DNA of 59,732 bases, the filler included, from Sphacelaria rigidula (lineage: Eukaryota), in assembly GCA_964200075.2 (NCBI GenBank). It is 9 parts of 9 records of this genome, joined end to end, with 100 filler letters (N's around TTAATTAATTAA, not from the genome) between each part and the next. Parts side by side here need not be neighbours in the genome. Positions count along the whole stretch, not along the records: positions 1 to 6,549 come from CAXNAA020019416.1; positions 6,650 to 13,197 come from CAXNAA020019417.1; 7 more parts are not named here. The stretch is one strand, 5' to 3'. The position numbers and the translations under genes are program-made. The notes below the pieces were generated by a model, which did no database searches, was not told where the DNA came from, and worked only from the letters and a program-made list of their open reading frames with translations. Shown here piece by piece: positions 1-11,700 of this stretch. How positions within the stretch are numbered: position 1 is the stretch's first letter; every line of letters begins with the position of its first letter.

Positions 1-330
1 GGCATACCGCTATCAGCAAAAACAGAATCTGTTCAGAGTGTCCTATAATCAACCATCGATATCTGTAATCAATTTTGTAATAGTCACTTGGCCAACAGTC
101 TTACAGAGGAGCAAGAACGAGGACTGTGAGCGTCATGAAAATTGAAAACAACAGTCACCGATACATTACTCATACTCTGCAGTAATGTATAAACTCTGCA
201 GCTGCGGCATCCGTCTCCTCTCACACAAGGCACAGGTCCAGCAGATGATATGATAAGTATTCGTGATAGTTTTCTACTTGGCGCAAGGTAATCTTCTTCA
301 GCAAGGGACTGCAACCTTTTCTTCAGCATC
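1..330 (-). mobile_element. Degenerate retroposon (probable LINE 3' region) fragment
   Basis: 83-138 resembles 6254-6310, which belongs to a fragment ending in a (CAA)n tail on the minus strand (6151-6173). A stop-ridden CxxC-like stretch is present. Confidence 0.3.
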
Positions 331-1243
331 ATGAGCACTCATGAATTTACCTGCGAAACGGGTTACCCTTCCCCCCCCCCTCGGAGGCTGTCGAAAGAAG
401 AACTACGGCAGAAACTGTATCCTTCCTGTTTATCCGCAAGTGTACTCAGTAGAACAACATCTTCACCCAGGGATCGCTTGTCCGTTAGCAGCTCAAAACG
501 CAGGAGTTTTCAAGTGTCAGTTATTTTGGTGACCGGGGGAGGGAGATGTCAAAAACACTATTATAAATCCGTATCGAAAAGGGGGCGGTGAAGCCTCTGG
601 ATTATGACTTTTTGGGTCGTATTTTAGACACAGCATGTTGAAAATGCTCGTCTGTGGCACTCGTCCAACATGCTGTATCCAGTACGGCACACATCCAGTA
701 TACACCAGGAGTAATATAATAACACTTGGAGGTGGTCGCCGGGAAGACTACTACGGCGATCGCTAGCAAGACTACTACGCCCACCGTGTTGTGGGAAGAC
801 GATGTAGTCCTGGTGCAAGATAAAACACACACCCTGCAATATCAACCGGCATGGAATTGTTCTGATTTATCATGACGGGTGAGTTTCTTCGTTAGCCTTC
901 GCGCAGCCATCGTAGTGCACACTTATACAACACGCACACTGTAGTAAATTTCAACCTACCCGGACTAACTGTAGTACTGAGTGTGTACTCCAGCTGAATG
1001 CACTGTTGCAACCAATTGTAGAGTACTTACAGTACTCTATTCCCACTACGCTGTCCATGGAATCTAGAAGGTACCTCCCCTAAAAACTGGGGTACCCTCG
1101 CCTTCTGGGCTTCACCCATCATGGCTCATGCAACAGTTGAGAGGGCCCACCTCATTGCCAAGTATATTCTACCATTATCCGTGGTCTTTAGGGGGTACCC
1201 CCCCAGCCTGGCCCATCATGACCTTTTCTTACTTTGGACAGAG

Positions 1244-1382
1244 GGGGGTGCATTCACGATATTGCATGCCGTAGTTAGAAGACTGTTGACCTCGCATCCT
1301 TTCAAAGCCGGGACGGGGCACGCCGGGTTTTCGCCGGGTTTACGGGGGCGGGGGGGGGGGGTACTCATGATCATGCATGCCG
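1244..1382 (-). mobile_element. 5'-truncated copies of retroposon family A embedded in G-runs
   Basis: Matches the 3' end of the full copy at 43782-44344 (gtactcatgatcatgcatgcc; caaagccgggacgg..cacgccgggttttcgccgg). Flanked by poly-G. Confidence 0.75.
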
Positions 1383-2230
1383 GGGGGGGGGGGGGGGGGG
1401 GGGGGTGTGTTGGGTGCGGGGTGGTGGGGGGTGGGGGGGGGGGGGGGGAGGGGGGGGGGCTGGCCTGCAGATGGTAGAGGCCCTTGCCCAGTGCAATGCC
1501 AGTATTCCGCCCAGCACTTCATTCAAACGAATTGAAATGCTTCCGTAAGTTCGGCGATGATGAGAAATATTGCCGTTTTGGGGGCTAAACACTGTACACT
1601 CGACCCCCATTTTGTCAGAGCAAACTACAACCCGAAGCGACTACAATCAATCGTGATATCGATTCCAACGTATGAAGGGGTGAAGTATTGTGGATACTTG
1701 GGAGAAAAATGATATGACGTGGGACGAGGGGGGGCGTGGTTTCTCGCTGCTCTGGTGTTTAACACCCCCCCTTCCCCCCTCCCCCCGACCCGAACTGACT
1801 TGATGGTGTTGCCAAAGGCTGCTGCTCTCGTGAGACATGGTTTCCCTCGTCACAAAGGCGACGCCCAGAGTTATGGAGCTATCCTTTGTACATTGCAAAA
1901 GATTTGACAGCAACTGACTATCTTAATTGAGGTCTTGCGACGTGTTGACTAGTTGACCCGAGAATCGCTTTTGACTCGACGCTGGGACGAACAGTGCTTA
2001 GCATCTACGGCCTGGTTATCTCTTTGCTGACCTCAAACGCCGAAATCTCTTGCGGTTCGCAGCTTCTTTGGAAGCAAAAAAAATATGAATGAAAATCTAC
2101 CGGTCATGGCCAGTCAATCGTGAATGGTATTGTGCCGGATTACGTCCATACCGCACGTGGAACACGGCGACATAAATTGGACAACCTCACAAATATTGGG
2201 ACGTGGCTCTGCTCTACTCTACTACTAGAG

Positions 2231-2587
2231 CCGGTCGCCCCGGTGGCTCAGTTGGTAGCCTCGAAACCTTCTGATGGTTGAGCAGGGGGGTTCGATTCCC
2301 GGAGCGATCTGGAATCTTTTCTCACACCGTGCCCAACAGTGGATAGCGACTAATTATGTCGTGGGTACACAGAATTCGACTTCATGATCGACGAGGGAAA
2401 GGGGCTGCCGAACCCCTCTTGCGATATAAAATAAAGACAAGCACCGCAGAAGGAAGGCGGAGAACTACAACACATAAAAAAGGGAAAACAATCCTGTGTT
2501 GGCCTTCCTCCTGTGTGATCCCAGCTAGTGCGCTCAGATATACCGAAAGGTGTAGACCGGCGTCCAGAATAGATGGGACAACACACT
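2231..2587 (+). mobile_element. tRNA-derived SINE, family 1 (full length)
   Basis: Head GGTCGCCCCGGTGGCTCAGTTGG (A box) and GGTTCGATTCC (B box), a ~280-nt non-tRNA body and a (CA)n-like tail. Other copies at 6650-6717, 25631-25942, 26594-26648(-), 39427-39720 and 54512-54776(-). Confidence 0.85.
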
Positions 2588-3640
2588 CCGTATCCAACGC
2601 TATGTGTTCTGGACAGGAAAGGAAGAGAAGCTAATTGACAGGACAAAATTTCGCGCCGTGTACACAAATGAGGTTATCACTGTCTTATGTGCATTGCGCA
2701 CCGGAAAATGCAAAGTTGTGTTCGGTAGGGTGTACCGGGTGAAGTTCGGGTACAGTATATACCAAGGGTACAAAAAGGGTGTTTTATCGGTAAATACCCG
2801 TCTGAACCGTACCGGATTGCTCGGAACAGGGCTCGATACCCTGTCGAACCATATGGTTTAGTGTACCAACCAAAAACCTTCCACTTTCGGGTATACCCCC
2901 ACAGAAACACAGCCTTGAAAAAATGTACATCTTCGGGTAGTAGGAGTCAGAGAGCTGCATTCCCCAGCAAAAGGCATGTGGGCGAAATCGCTGTGCTATT
3001 ACTCCTTGGTGAGCATTCCGACCACATTTCTATCCCTCAACACTCCGCACTGAGTGAGCGGTGTCTCTATCCACGCGGCACCCGCTGAGACAAAAGTCAT
3101 CTTTGTTTGCTGTGGATAGCCCAGACACGCATCTACCTGTGCACCCCTTCCCCCACTTCATGAATCGTTGCCGCGAAATGAAAAAAAACGGGGGTGCGTC
3201 TATCCTGTGGATAATAACCATGGCTGGGTCCCTGTGGGATCAGTTGATATTAATGTGCGACAATCAATCAACCAATCAATAAACTTATCAACGGGATGGA
3301 AGGGAGCAATTAGTCCAATGCGTCGGAAAGGACAAGCGTACGTTCAACTGCCAGTTGAAGCTATGCCGGTAACGAGACCATCAACTTTGGACGATGTTGG
3401 GTCACGTGGTATAATTATAGTGCTGGTGGACGTCTGTACTACGGTAAATGATCCATTTTACTGATATCCATTTGTTCTGCTGATGCGAACCATTATTTCT
3501 TTAAGTTATTATAACATCCTGCAGGAAAGATCTCAACCAGAGTATTCGCGCGGTGAACGGGATCGCTCGTTTCTGAAAGTAGATTACCGTACGCGTCACA
3601 ATTTGGTCATGATTAATCTCCCCCCTTTTTCACCGCACAG

Positions 3641-3820
3641 GGTAAAATCGTGGGTATCCTGTGGATGGTCCCTATCTACGCAGTGGATTCGTTCGTGAGC
3701 CTGAGATTCAAGGAGGCCGCCCTGTACGTGGATATGCTCCGCGATTGCTATGAGGGCTACGCGCTTTATCTCTTTTTGGCACTCATGGTGGGATATCTGG
3801 GAGACGGAGACGAGTACAAG
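3641..3820 (+). CDS. TMEM184: Internal exon of TMEM184/OST-alpha (organic solute transporter) family membrane protein
   Basis: cag| acceptor after a pyrimidine tract and a |gtatga donor; 180 nt, phase 0. GKIVGILWMVPIYAVDSFVSLRFKEAALYVDMLRDCYEGYALYLFLALMVGYLG matches the family motif ILWMVPIYA..S..SL.F....Y.D..R.CYE. Confidence 0.9.
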
Positions 3821-4941
3821 GTATGAGTGAATTGATTACTTCGGTGGTTGGTTTGGTTTGATGTTAATTGATTTGATTTTATATGGTTCGGCTTTTATTT
3901 GGTTGTTGCGCATAACTTGATTCCCGAGGGACCAAGGCGTGGTCAGAAAATGGATATACCCAAGGTGAAAAAGAAAAAGAAACGCTCGCTAATATATATA
4001 TATATATATATACATGGCAGACAAAAATATTAAACTGAGAGACCAAAACCAACACGAACAAAACAGACGCAAGCAAGAAGGGATAGGGAAGGACAGGCAC
4101 GGAGGAGGACCAGAAAAAATATAGTAATATAATGAAGGTCGTGACACACAAATAAATATCCCTAGAAATGGCCGACCCCTGCAGCACGGCTTAGGTTGGA
4201 AAAGGGCCGTGCGCAAAATGCACGAACACTTCCGCACAAAATAGAACCAGAAAGGTCTTGCGAGCAAATCTGTGACTCAGCTACTTCGGACCATACCGTT
4301 CGGGCATGAGCTCTCGCCCATGATTCCTTCCTACGGATGCAAGACACGAAACTGGTACTTGGTTAGTTAGACGATTATCGCATGTTGACTTTTTTGCCAC
4401 GCATCTGGTCATGGCCATGAGATAGACTCAGGCCCACGGTAAAATGAACGGAAACGAGAGAAGAAGTAGAGTAGCCTGGAAAATGATGGGGAAAAAAGCA
4501 GGACGAAGACCGACTCTAATGGGTTGCCGTTCGAATTTTATGTTTCAGTTTTTTCAACGAGTGGTAACGAGGACCACTTTTATCGAACAAAATCGAAATG
4601 ATTTTGAACAAAAGTGACCCCCCCAAATTCTGATTAGACCCTGAACTCCAGCCAAGCCCTCAGAATCGGGAGACGACTCCAAACGCTTGAGGATCTGTTT
4701 AGAATTTGGCACAAGAAGTAAAATAAGCGACATGTCATGTTTTACTGTACTACAGCACACACATCCGGGTTTCTCATGTGCTGCACTGACACTGATTGAT
4801 TAATTGATTGATGATATCACATTAGCTGATTGGAACAATCTGGCCCGTGGCCAGGAGCGGCAAAAAAAGAGCAGAATAAGGAAAAAAGAAGGAAAGGAAC
4901 AGAAAAAGATAGAAGCAACAACAACAGGAAGGAAAGAAAAG

Positions 4942-4986
<45 letters not shown>

Positions 4987-6352
4987 CAACAACGCAACAA
5001 CACTGTCACTGCATTGTCGTGTGTTTAGAACTTGAAAAAAGTGTCTGGTCTCCGCTCGAATTCCCTAAGCCGCTGTACTGATATTATTGTGGTCCGAACA
5101 GCTGTAGTCAGCAGGCAGTGCCGTCTTCTCGAAGTTGAAATGCTCTACAGTCAGTATGTGTTTGTTGGATGTGGTGTCTTCCCCAACGAACAAGGTCCTT
5201 GGTGACAAGTTTCTTGGTGCGCAGATCTAGCATTCTTGCCCTATAGCTGACACAGTAGTGTGGTGCCCGGCAGAGACGCACGGTTTGATCTGCGCTGAGA
5301 ATCGCCTGGACTGCTGTACTGTTTTCGCGTCCCGGTCGGTACACCTTGCCAAAAGCGCCATCATGGTGTGTTGGATGCGTAGTGCCGTTTGTAAAGACAA
5401 CGATGTCATTCGTGCCCGCATCCACCATTTCTATGCTGCAGTTGTCGTTGTACTGACTGTAGCGCGTTTGAACCCTACGAACACAGTTTAATTCACGCTC
5501 GAGATTGCCTGGGATGCTGTACTGCTGCTGGTCTGGTCTGTACAGAATTTGGGTGGGAACAAAATGCTGTCGACACGAAGTTGGGTTCGTCACGTGATGA
5601 CTGTGCAGCCGTCATGTCTTCTTCGGGTGCTGTTGCTGTACAGGAGCACAAGACCCACATGTAAAACGCCAACTTTATGTCATAAAAGTGTTTTTTTTTT
5701 GTCCCCGTTCAGGATCGCGGAAGGCAAAAAACGTCGATGAATTTTTTCAAGAGTAACATTTTGAACGGCCCCATTAGAGTTTGCCAAAGGAACGAAAATA
5801 CACCAGGTTAGCCCTTAGACCGCGAGGTTAGGTCACCCGCTGAATCGGCATCAATTTTCACTCGAAAAAAGTATGCGTGATCCAGATAGACCACCCACAC
5901 CGCGGTCTGAGGATTAAGAAGCGTTTTCGACCCTGGGGTGACACCGACACTCCTTGTGGCAAGGTTTGATGTAAGGAGGTCGTAGTACAAGACACCAGCT
6001 GGCCGTGTAAGCAGGTTCGCGGCTCAGTTATCTGGAGACTCGAGAAGTGGAGCGGAAGGTGGAGATAAATTCGTTCCGATTTGTTCTGCTTGGTTTCGCT
6101 TTGTCTGCATATTTTTCAGAGGCAAGCAAGAGTTGAGGGGTTCAAAACTGGTGTTGTTGTTGTTGTTGTTGTTGAACTGTTTGGTCTACTCTTGTGAAGA
6201 TATCCCATGGATAGCAGCTTGTATCTTGACATGTGCAACGTTTTAATATTACCAGTGACATGGCCGACAGTTTGACAGAGGAACAAGAACGAGCCTACAG
6301 AGCAACATGATGACTAGGAATTGTCATATCCTCCCCCCCCCCCATTTTTCTT

Positions 6353-6461
6353 AGCGCCGGAATGTTCAGGGGGGCTCTATTAGGAGTAGGAACGGTGCTC
6401 CCTCTCGAAAGGGATGCGTGGTCAATGGTCAAACGACTAAGGCAAGCAACAAATGAGAACG
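6353..6461 (+). mobile_element. 5'-truncated LINE 3' end with ~20-bp TSD
   Basis: Closely matches the LINE end at 14060-14170. Flanked on both sides by cctccccccccc(c)atttttctt (6330-6352 and 6462-6483). Confidence 0.8.
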
Positions 6462-6549
6462 CCTCCCCCCCCCCATTTTTCTTTCTTTTTTTTTTGTCCT
6501 TTGATATATTTATTGTTTCTCAGTTTGTTGAAATCCTGGATAATTGTTC

Positions 6550-6649
6550 NNNNNNNNNNNNNNNNNNNNNNNNNNNNNNNNNNNNNNNNNNNNTTAATTA
6601 ATTAANNNNNNNNNNNNNNNNNNNNNNNNNNNNNNNNNNNNNNNNNNNN
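6550..6649. other. Artificial contig linker (N44-TTAATTAATTAA-N44)
   Basis: Identical 100-nt spacers also occur at 13198-13297, 19846-19945, 26494-26593, 33142-33241, 39790-39889, 46438-46537 and 53086-53185, a period of 6648. The 12-mer puts stops in all six frames. Confidence 0.98.
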
Positions 6650-8748
6650 GCTGATGCGCCCACATATACCGAAAGGTGTAGACTGGCGCCCAGAATAAAT
6701 GGGACGACAACACACACTGGGGTGGGATGTCATATAACAAGGCGGTCGATTTTGGCATCTCGAGAATGGGCTCAGGAGTAATATATCCACCGTTCGTTGA
6801 TGTTGGGGGCTGCTAAACATGTGTGGATGTGTCGTTTTTTTTATTTCATGTAACTGTACGTAGCCCTTTGCTGGATGGAGAAGTCTCTACACTTTGGCCA
6901 AAACGAAGATCCGGGGAAACGCCTCTGAGTGCCAACGCTACTACTCATTCGACACGTCACCAACGCCGGAACTTTATTGCTATCATTATTTCAGACGACT
7001 GATCATCCGCCATTTACCCCTCCCTGTTAGACAACTATTGCGCCAATATTCGCTGGCACGGAAATACTATTACTATCCTCGGAGGTCGAACCCTCTCGTC
7101 AAAGGACCATGAAAGCAAGCACACAACAACCACATGCCAACATACCGGCGGTTTATAGCAACAAGAAACTCATACTGTCCTAAGACATCGAAGAAGCGAA
7201 CGAATGGTAGATGGCAAAAAGCTTGTGAAATCATCGGAGATAGAAATCGATCACTCAAGAACCCTGAACGCGCCAACCTTCACTTGTAATTTACATCACA
7301 TTTCTCGACAAAGCCGCTCGTTCGGCTTTCATCCATTCCCCCGATTTTTACAGCTTCAAATGGGATAAGAAAGACGGGAACGGCCATGACTTTCAGACAC
7401 TACGCTGCACACTCCAACAGAGGAACGTGCCTCTCCTTTTCTAGGACATAAAGGTAGTGTACATATCATGACGCGTGTAAACAAGTGAGAACATCATCTA
7501 TATACGGGATAGGATGGGACATTACTCATCCATACAAGAATAACAACATCGTCTACATATGGGAAAGGACGGGGACATCACCCATCCGCACAAGGGTACA
7601 TTTTCACGATTTCGTGGAGTGACCTGATCGATTCCCATCACCAACCCACTCCCCAAGACTTGAGCGTACGGGTTGTGACCCGAGAGAAAGGCTGATTGGC
7701 GCCATACAAACAAGCAGCACAAAGAGGAACCACCGACACACGAATGAAACGCTCACGAATCTCAACCTCCCTGAGGGGGTAGTATTCAGTAATCTCAACC
7801 AAAATAAAAATGGGAGGGGGGGAACTCTCGAAGGCTCCCTGAGTGTACAATATAGTCCATACGTCGCCTTCCCGAATCAATCCAAGAGGACTCTCCAATC
7901 CCTTGCCCCAAAACACTAATTACGTGGCAACACGGTCCGAGAATCCAACGCGCTACCTCTACGCTACTACGCATGCTCGGCGTCCGGCACCGTGGGGAGC
8001 AAGTATGGGGGGGGACAAAAAAAAAGTGTCAAATGAGCTAGCTAATGATCCGGCTCACTGCACTCCAACACTAAGAAGTAATACTCCGGTAGCTCATGAA
8101 CTGTCCGACGTGTGCAAACTTTACTCGCCGCACGCCGTAGAGTCTTCGCTCAATTGTTTTTTCTGGTCATGAAAAACACGGGCTGCACGCACGCCCTCGA
8201 CTCCAGCTGGATATCAGTCGACATGCAAGAGTATGGCTAGATCACAGAACAAATACCTCTCCGCATCTGTATATATATAACCCACAAGACGAATCAGGAA
8301 ACAATCGCCTCCAGAACAATCATGTCGCCTTTTACGTTCTACATTTATTTTACCACAAACTTCGTATACTCATGGAAATTCTTGCGATAATGCCATCCCG
8401 CCTGTACCCCAGTGAAGTGAAGGCGACCAGCCATGAAACGCGGTCTATGCGCCGTCTAAACCCCGCCCTACCCGATGAAGCTACCCACGACACTCGGCAT
8501 CTATTCAGGAACAAGTTGACGTCGTTTCTTCTTGTCTCAAGAGCAGCCCACGAGAGCGTAGATTAATGAATATTTCGGTGTTGAGAGCATTATTGGAAAA
8601 CACCGACAGAAGAATCGTCGACCCCAATTTCTAGAACATGATCACATAGGCCAACCGAAAAGAGCCTACACCATGCCGTTGTCGATCGACGAGCTATCGT
8701 CATCGTCACTATAGTGTTCTACCGTCTCGTCGTCGTCACCGAAGAATT

Positions 8749-11700
8749 TTACGTCTCGTCATCGTCGTCATCGTCATCGTCGTCGTCATCGTCGTCATCG
8801 TCGTCGTCATCGTCATCGTCATCATCGTCATCGTCATCATCGTCATCATCACCCCCACTGGCCGTTGTGCTGAGACCCTCGGCGGCGTCATGCACCTCGG
8901 TCAACTTGTACAAGTCGAATGCTTCATATCCACCTGAGTATTGTGAGCAGAGCAAGTCATTAAAGAGAAAAATACAACTTCGAAAGTTGGCCTCGTCGTC
9001 ACCAATGATGACTCCAACCACCCCTCTTGACATGCAGAAAGCACGAAAATGAATGAGCCCTTCTGACGTCGCTGTGCGTTTGGTCACAAATATGAAAGTG
9101 CGGCTGCAATCCAACATCTGCAAGACTGAATGAGCTAGATTGCGAGGTTGCACGCTTACTCCGAGGCAAGCTCCGACGCCGAGTTCCCCAGAAAATAACA
9201 GCACTCCTCAAGAGCAATGCCTCCAAGGGTACAACATGCTCTCGGCATGATATCCTTACCCCGAAACCGGGATGATTTGGATACGAATTTCACGCGCCAC
9301 GCGGCTTCCAACGCTGGGCATGTAGAACAGCTGAGAGCATGGATTACACTCTACTTTGTGTCACCAAAGTGTTGCACGCCGCCACCTGGTACCGCGATGA
9401 TGAGCATGGTAGCAGTGTCTAGCCAATACTCACACCGTATGCGGTCCGCTTCGTTGCTTCACACGGCCGTGCTATACTTGGTAACCTGCGTATTCTTAGG
9501 TAAATGTCACGTTGGAAATCATGCCCCCAACCCCTAACCCTAACCCTTATCCCAACCCAAGTCATACCGTGCTCCAACAATGTATGCTGCACGGCACACG
9601 CCGATCACCTTTTTCAATCAATGCCATTTCCTGTACTGCATCCTCGCCTTCGAGCAATACTAAAATACTCTTGTGCATATGATGTCGACTCTCATGTAAA
9701 TGATATCGAGTTTTGTGTATATGATATCGACTCAACGAATCACCTCCTCTAGCGGTCAAAGGTTTAAATGGTCTGGGAAAGTACCGGAGCAAACGGTGGG
9801 AGGGCCCCGAAACATGAGCCAATTCCCTGACGCCTGAACCACGACGGCCCAAAGACTTCTTGACCTGCATTCTGCGACATGTTGCCAAAAGTGGAGTTTG
9901 TCGGCAAGTACGTGGCAGACTGTGTGTGATGTGTGCATTGGGGGCGGAATTATCGGTGCGCAGCACGCATCCTCAACAGCCGGTTGTTGAGAGATCGACA
10001 TCCGGCCAAAATTTGTAACATCACTGGGACGGAACCACGCTTGTGCTTCATAATAAATCACACCCTGGACAGTACATGATCAATAATTTCAACAGGAAAA
10101 AAACGTACTGCGAAGACCGACTCTAATGGTAACCGATCGAAATTCCTGTTCAAAACTGCTTTTTTGGCCCTTGTCCGTCGTTTTACGCCTGAAAAGAGGG
10201 CTAGGCGGATGTTGACGCCTTCAAACTTCCTCTAATCATTGAGGCCGTTCCAGGGCAACTTTGCATTTCCCGCTGGCCACACTTTCACTTTTAGACAAAC
10301 CCGGGTTTTCGACAAAAAACGGCCAAGCGATGAAAACACGAGAAGTTTTGATGACCTGTCCGTCTTTTACTGAAACTCCGTGCTTGGCGTGAATTTGCCT
10401 AAACAAAAGTGCGGCCAGCGGGAAATGCAAAGTTGCCCTAGAACGGTCTTGACGGGTAGAGCAAGTCATTCGAAGGCTACAACATCCGCCTGGCCCCTTT
10501 TTCAGGCGTAAAACGACGGACAAGGGTAAAAAGGCAGTTTTGAACAGGAATTTGGAACGGCTCCCATTAGAGTCAGTCGGCCTAAAGGATTGGTCTATCG
10601 TATTCCAACCAATATCGGACTTTTTTCCACCTGATAAAGTTGAGCATGTACTGCCCAGGATGTGCAACAAACGGGGAAGCTGACACGGTGTAGCGCAAAA
10701 CCTCGTTTTGAATTCCACGCTTCTTGGCGGTGAGGTGCGCACGGTCCTGTTCCAGGATGGGCTGTCCACATCTTTTGTGCCAGCCTGAACCATCCCACCA
10801 TGTGGCGGGAGTCGTTCATTGCAGATTTACCATCTATGATTTATTTGTCCACGCTACCCGAACGATAGATCGAGATACATGTGGAGATTTTTCATATGGT
10901 ACCTGAAGTGTATCTCCGCCTTCAAACACAGGATCTCGAATCACATACGTTCGGACCTCCATTCCAGACGCATACTTTCATCGCTATACCCGGTTTTCGA
11001 AAACACACACATACACACAAGTGAACACGACATGTAGATCAACCATCACCAACTGACTCACGCACAAACCGACCGCAGCAACCAAGACATACCAAGCGGA
11101 CTATCAAACCAAGTACACACCTCTATATACCCACCTACACAAACAAGAGTGTTACAGCATACTATATTCACTTCGGACTATGCAAACGCATGGTACTCAC
11201 CACAAGAGTGTTCTCGGTCTCCCGTGCATAAGACGTGGCACACTCCGGGACCGAAGTGTCCATACTCGACGGCTTCTGAGGTCATGCCGCACCAGCACTC
11301 GCTTCCGTACTACTCAGCCGCCAGACAGCACCCGCAAAGACAAAATGGGAATCAACGCAGGTGCGAGAAATTATTCAGAACGGACAGGAGCTTGAAACGA
11401 CGGCAAACAGACGCCAGCAGAGAACTCGTATGGCCGCACTGGACATGCTAAACGTCATTTATGATGATATGGGCCGCGAGGTCGATCACTGATCCCTGCG
11501 CTCAGCAATCACGACAGTTTTGCGAGACGGTCAAGAAAACATGAAGCGAACACAAGGCCTTGACGAGACAATGAAGAAAAGTGAGAACAAACGTGTAATC
11601 GACCCCGAAAAGTGAAGAAATTGAAACAGTACCGTTCGGTTTGGGTGATGGAAAAAGACACAGTTTTGCTGTTGGCCACACCCCACCCTCTCGGCACCCT

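Noticed and set aside
1121..1610. Poly-Gly/poly-Pro ORFs
   Set aside because: They come from G-homopolymer tracts and family-A fragments; tract lengths are also unreliable.
2231..2305. Functional tRNA genes (also 35621, 39427, 45930, 57771)
   Set aside because: No complete cloverleaf or acceptor stem could be formed; the heads run into shared SINE bodies or sit within a MITE.
4800..5081. Poly-Q/poly-C/poly-A ORFs (also 20180-20416)
   Set aside because: They are translations of CAG/CAA microsatellites in a dispersed retroposon tail.
6880..7920. Gypsy 3' region/LTR remnant
   Set aside because: A purine tract at 7812 is suggestive, but no convincing integrase or chromodomain motif or LTR end was found.
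8934..9204. N-terminal part of ORF 8749-9204
   Set aside because: It is intron sequence upstream of the acceptor at 8934; only the part from GGYEAF is coding.
9530..9560. Telomere (CCCTAA repeats)
   Set aside because: Fewer than three perfect units, internal to an intron.
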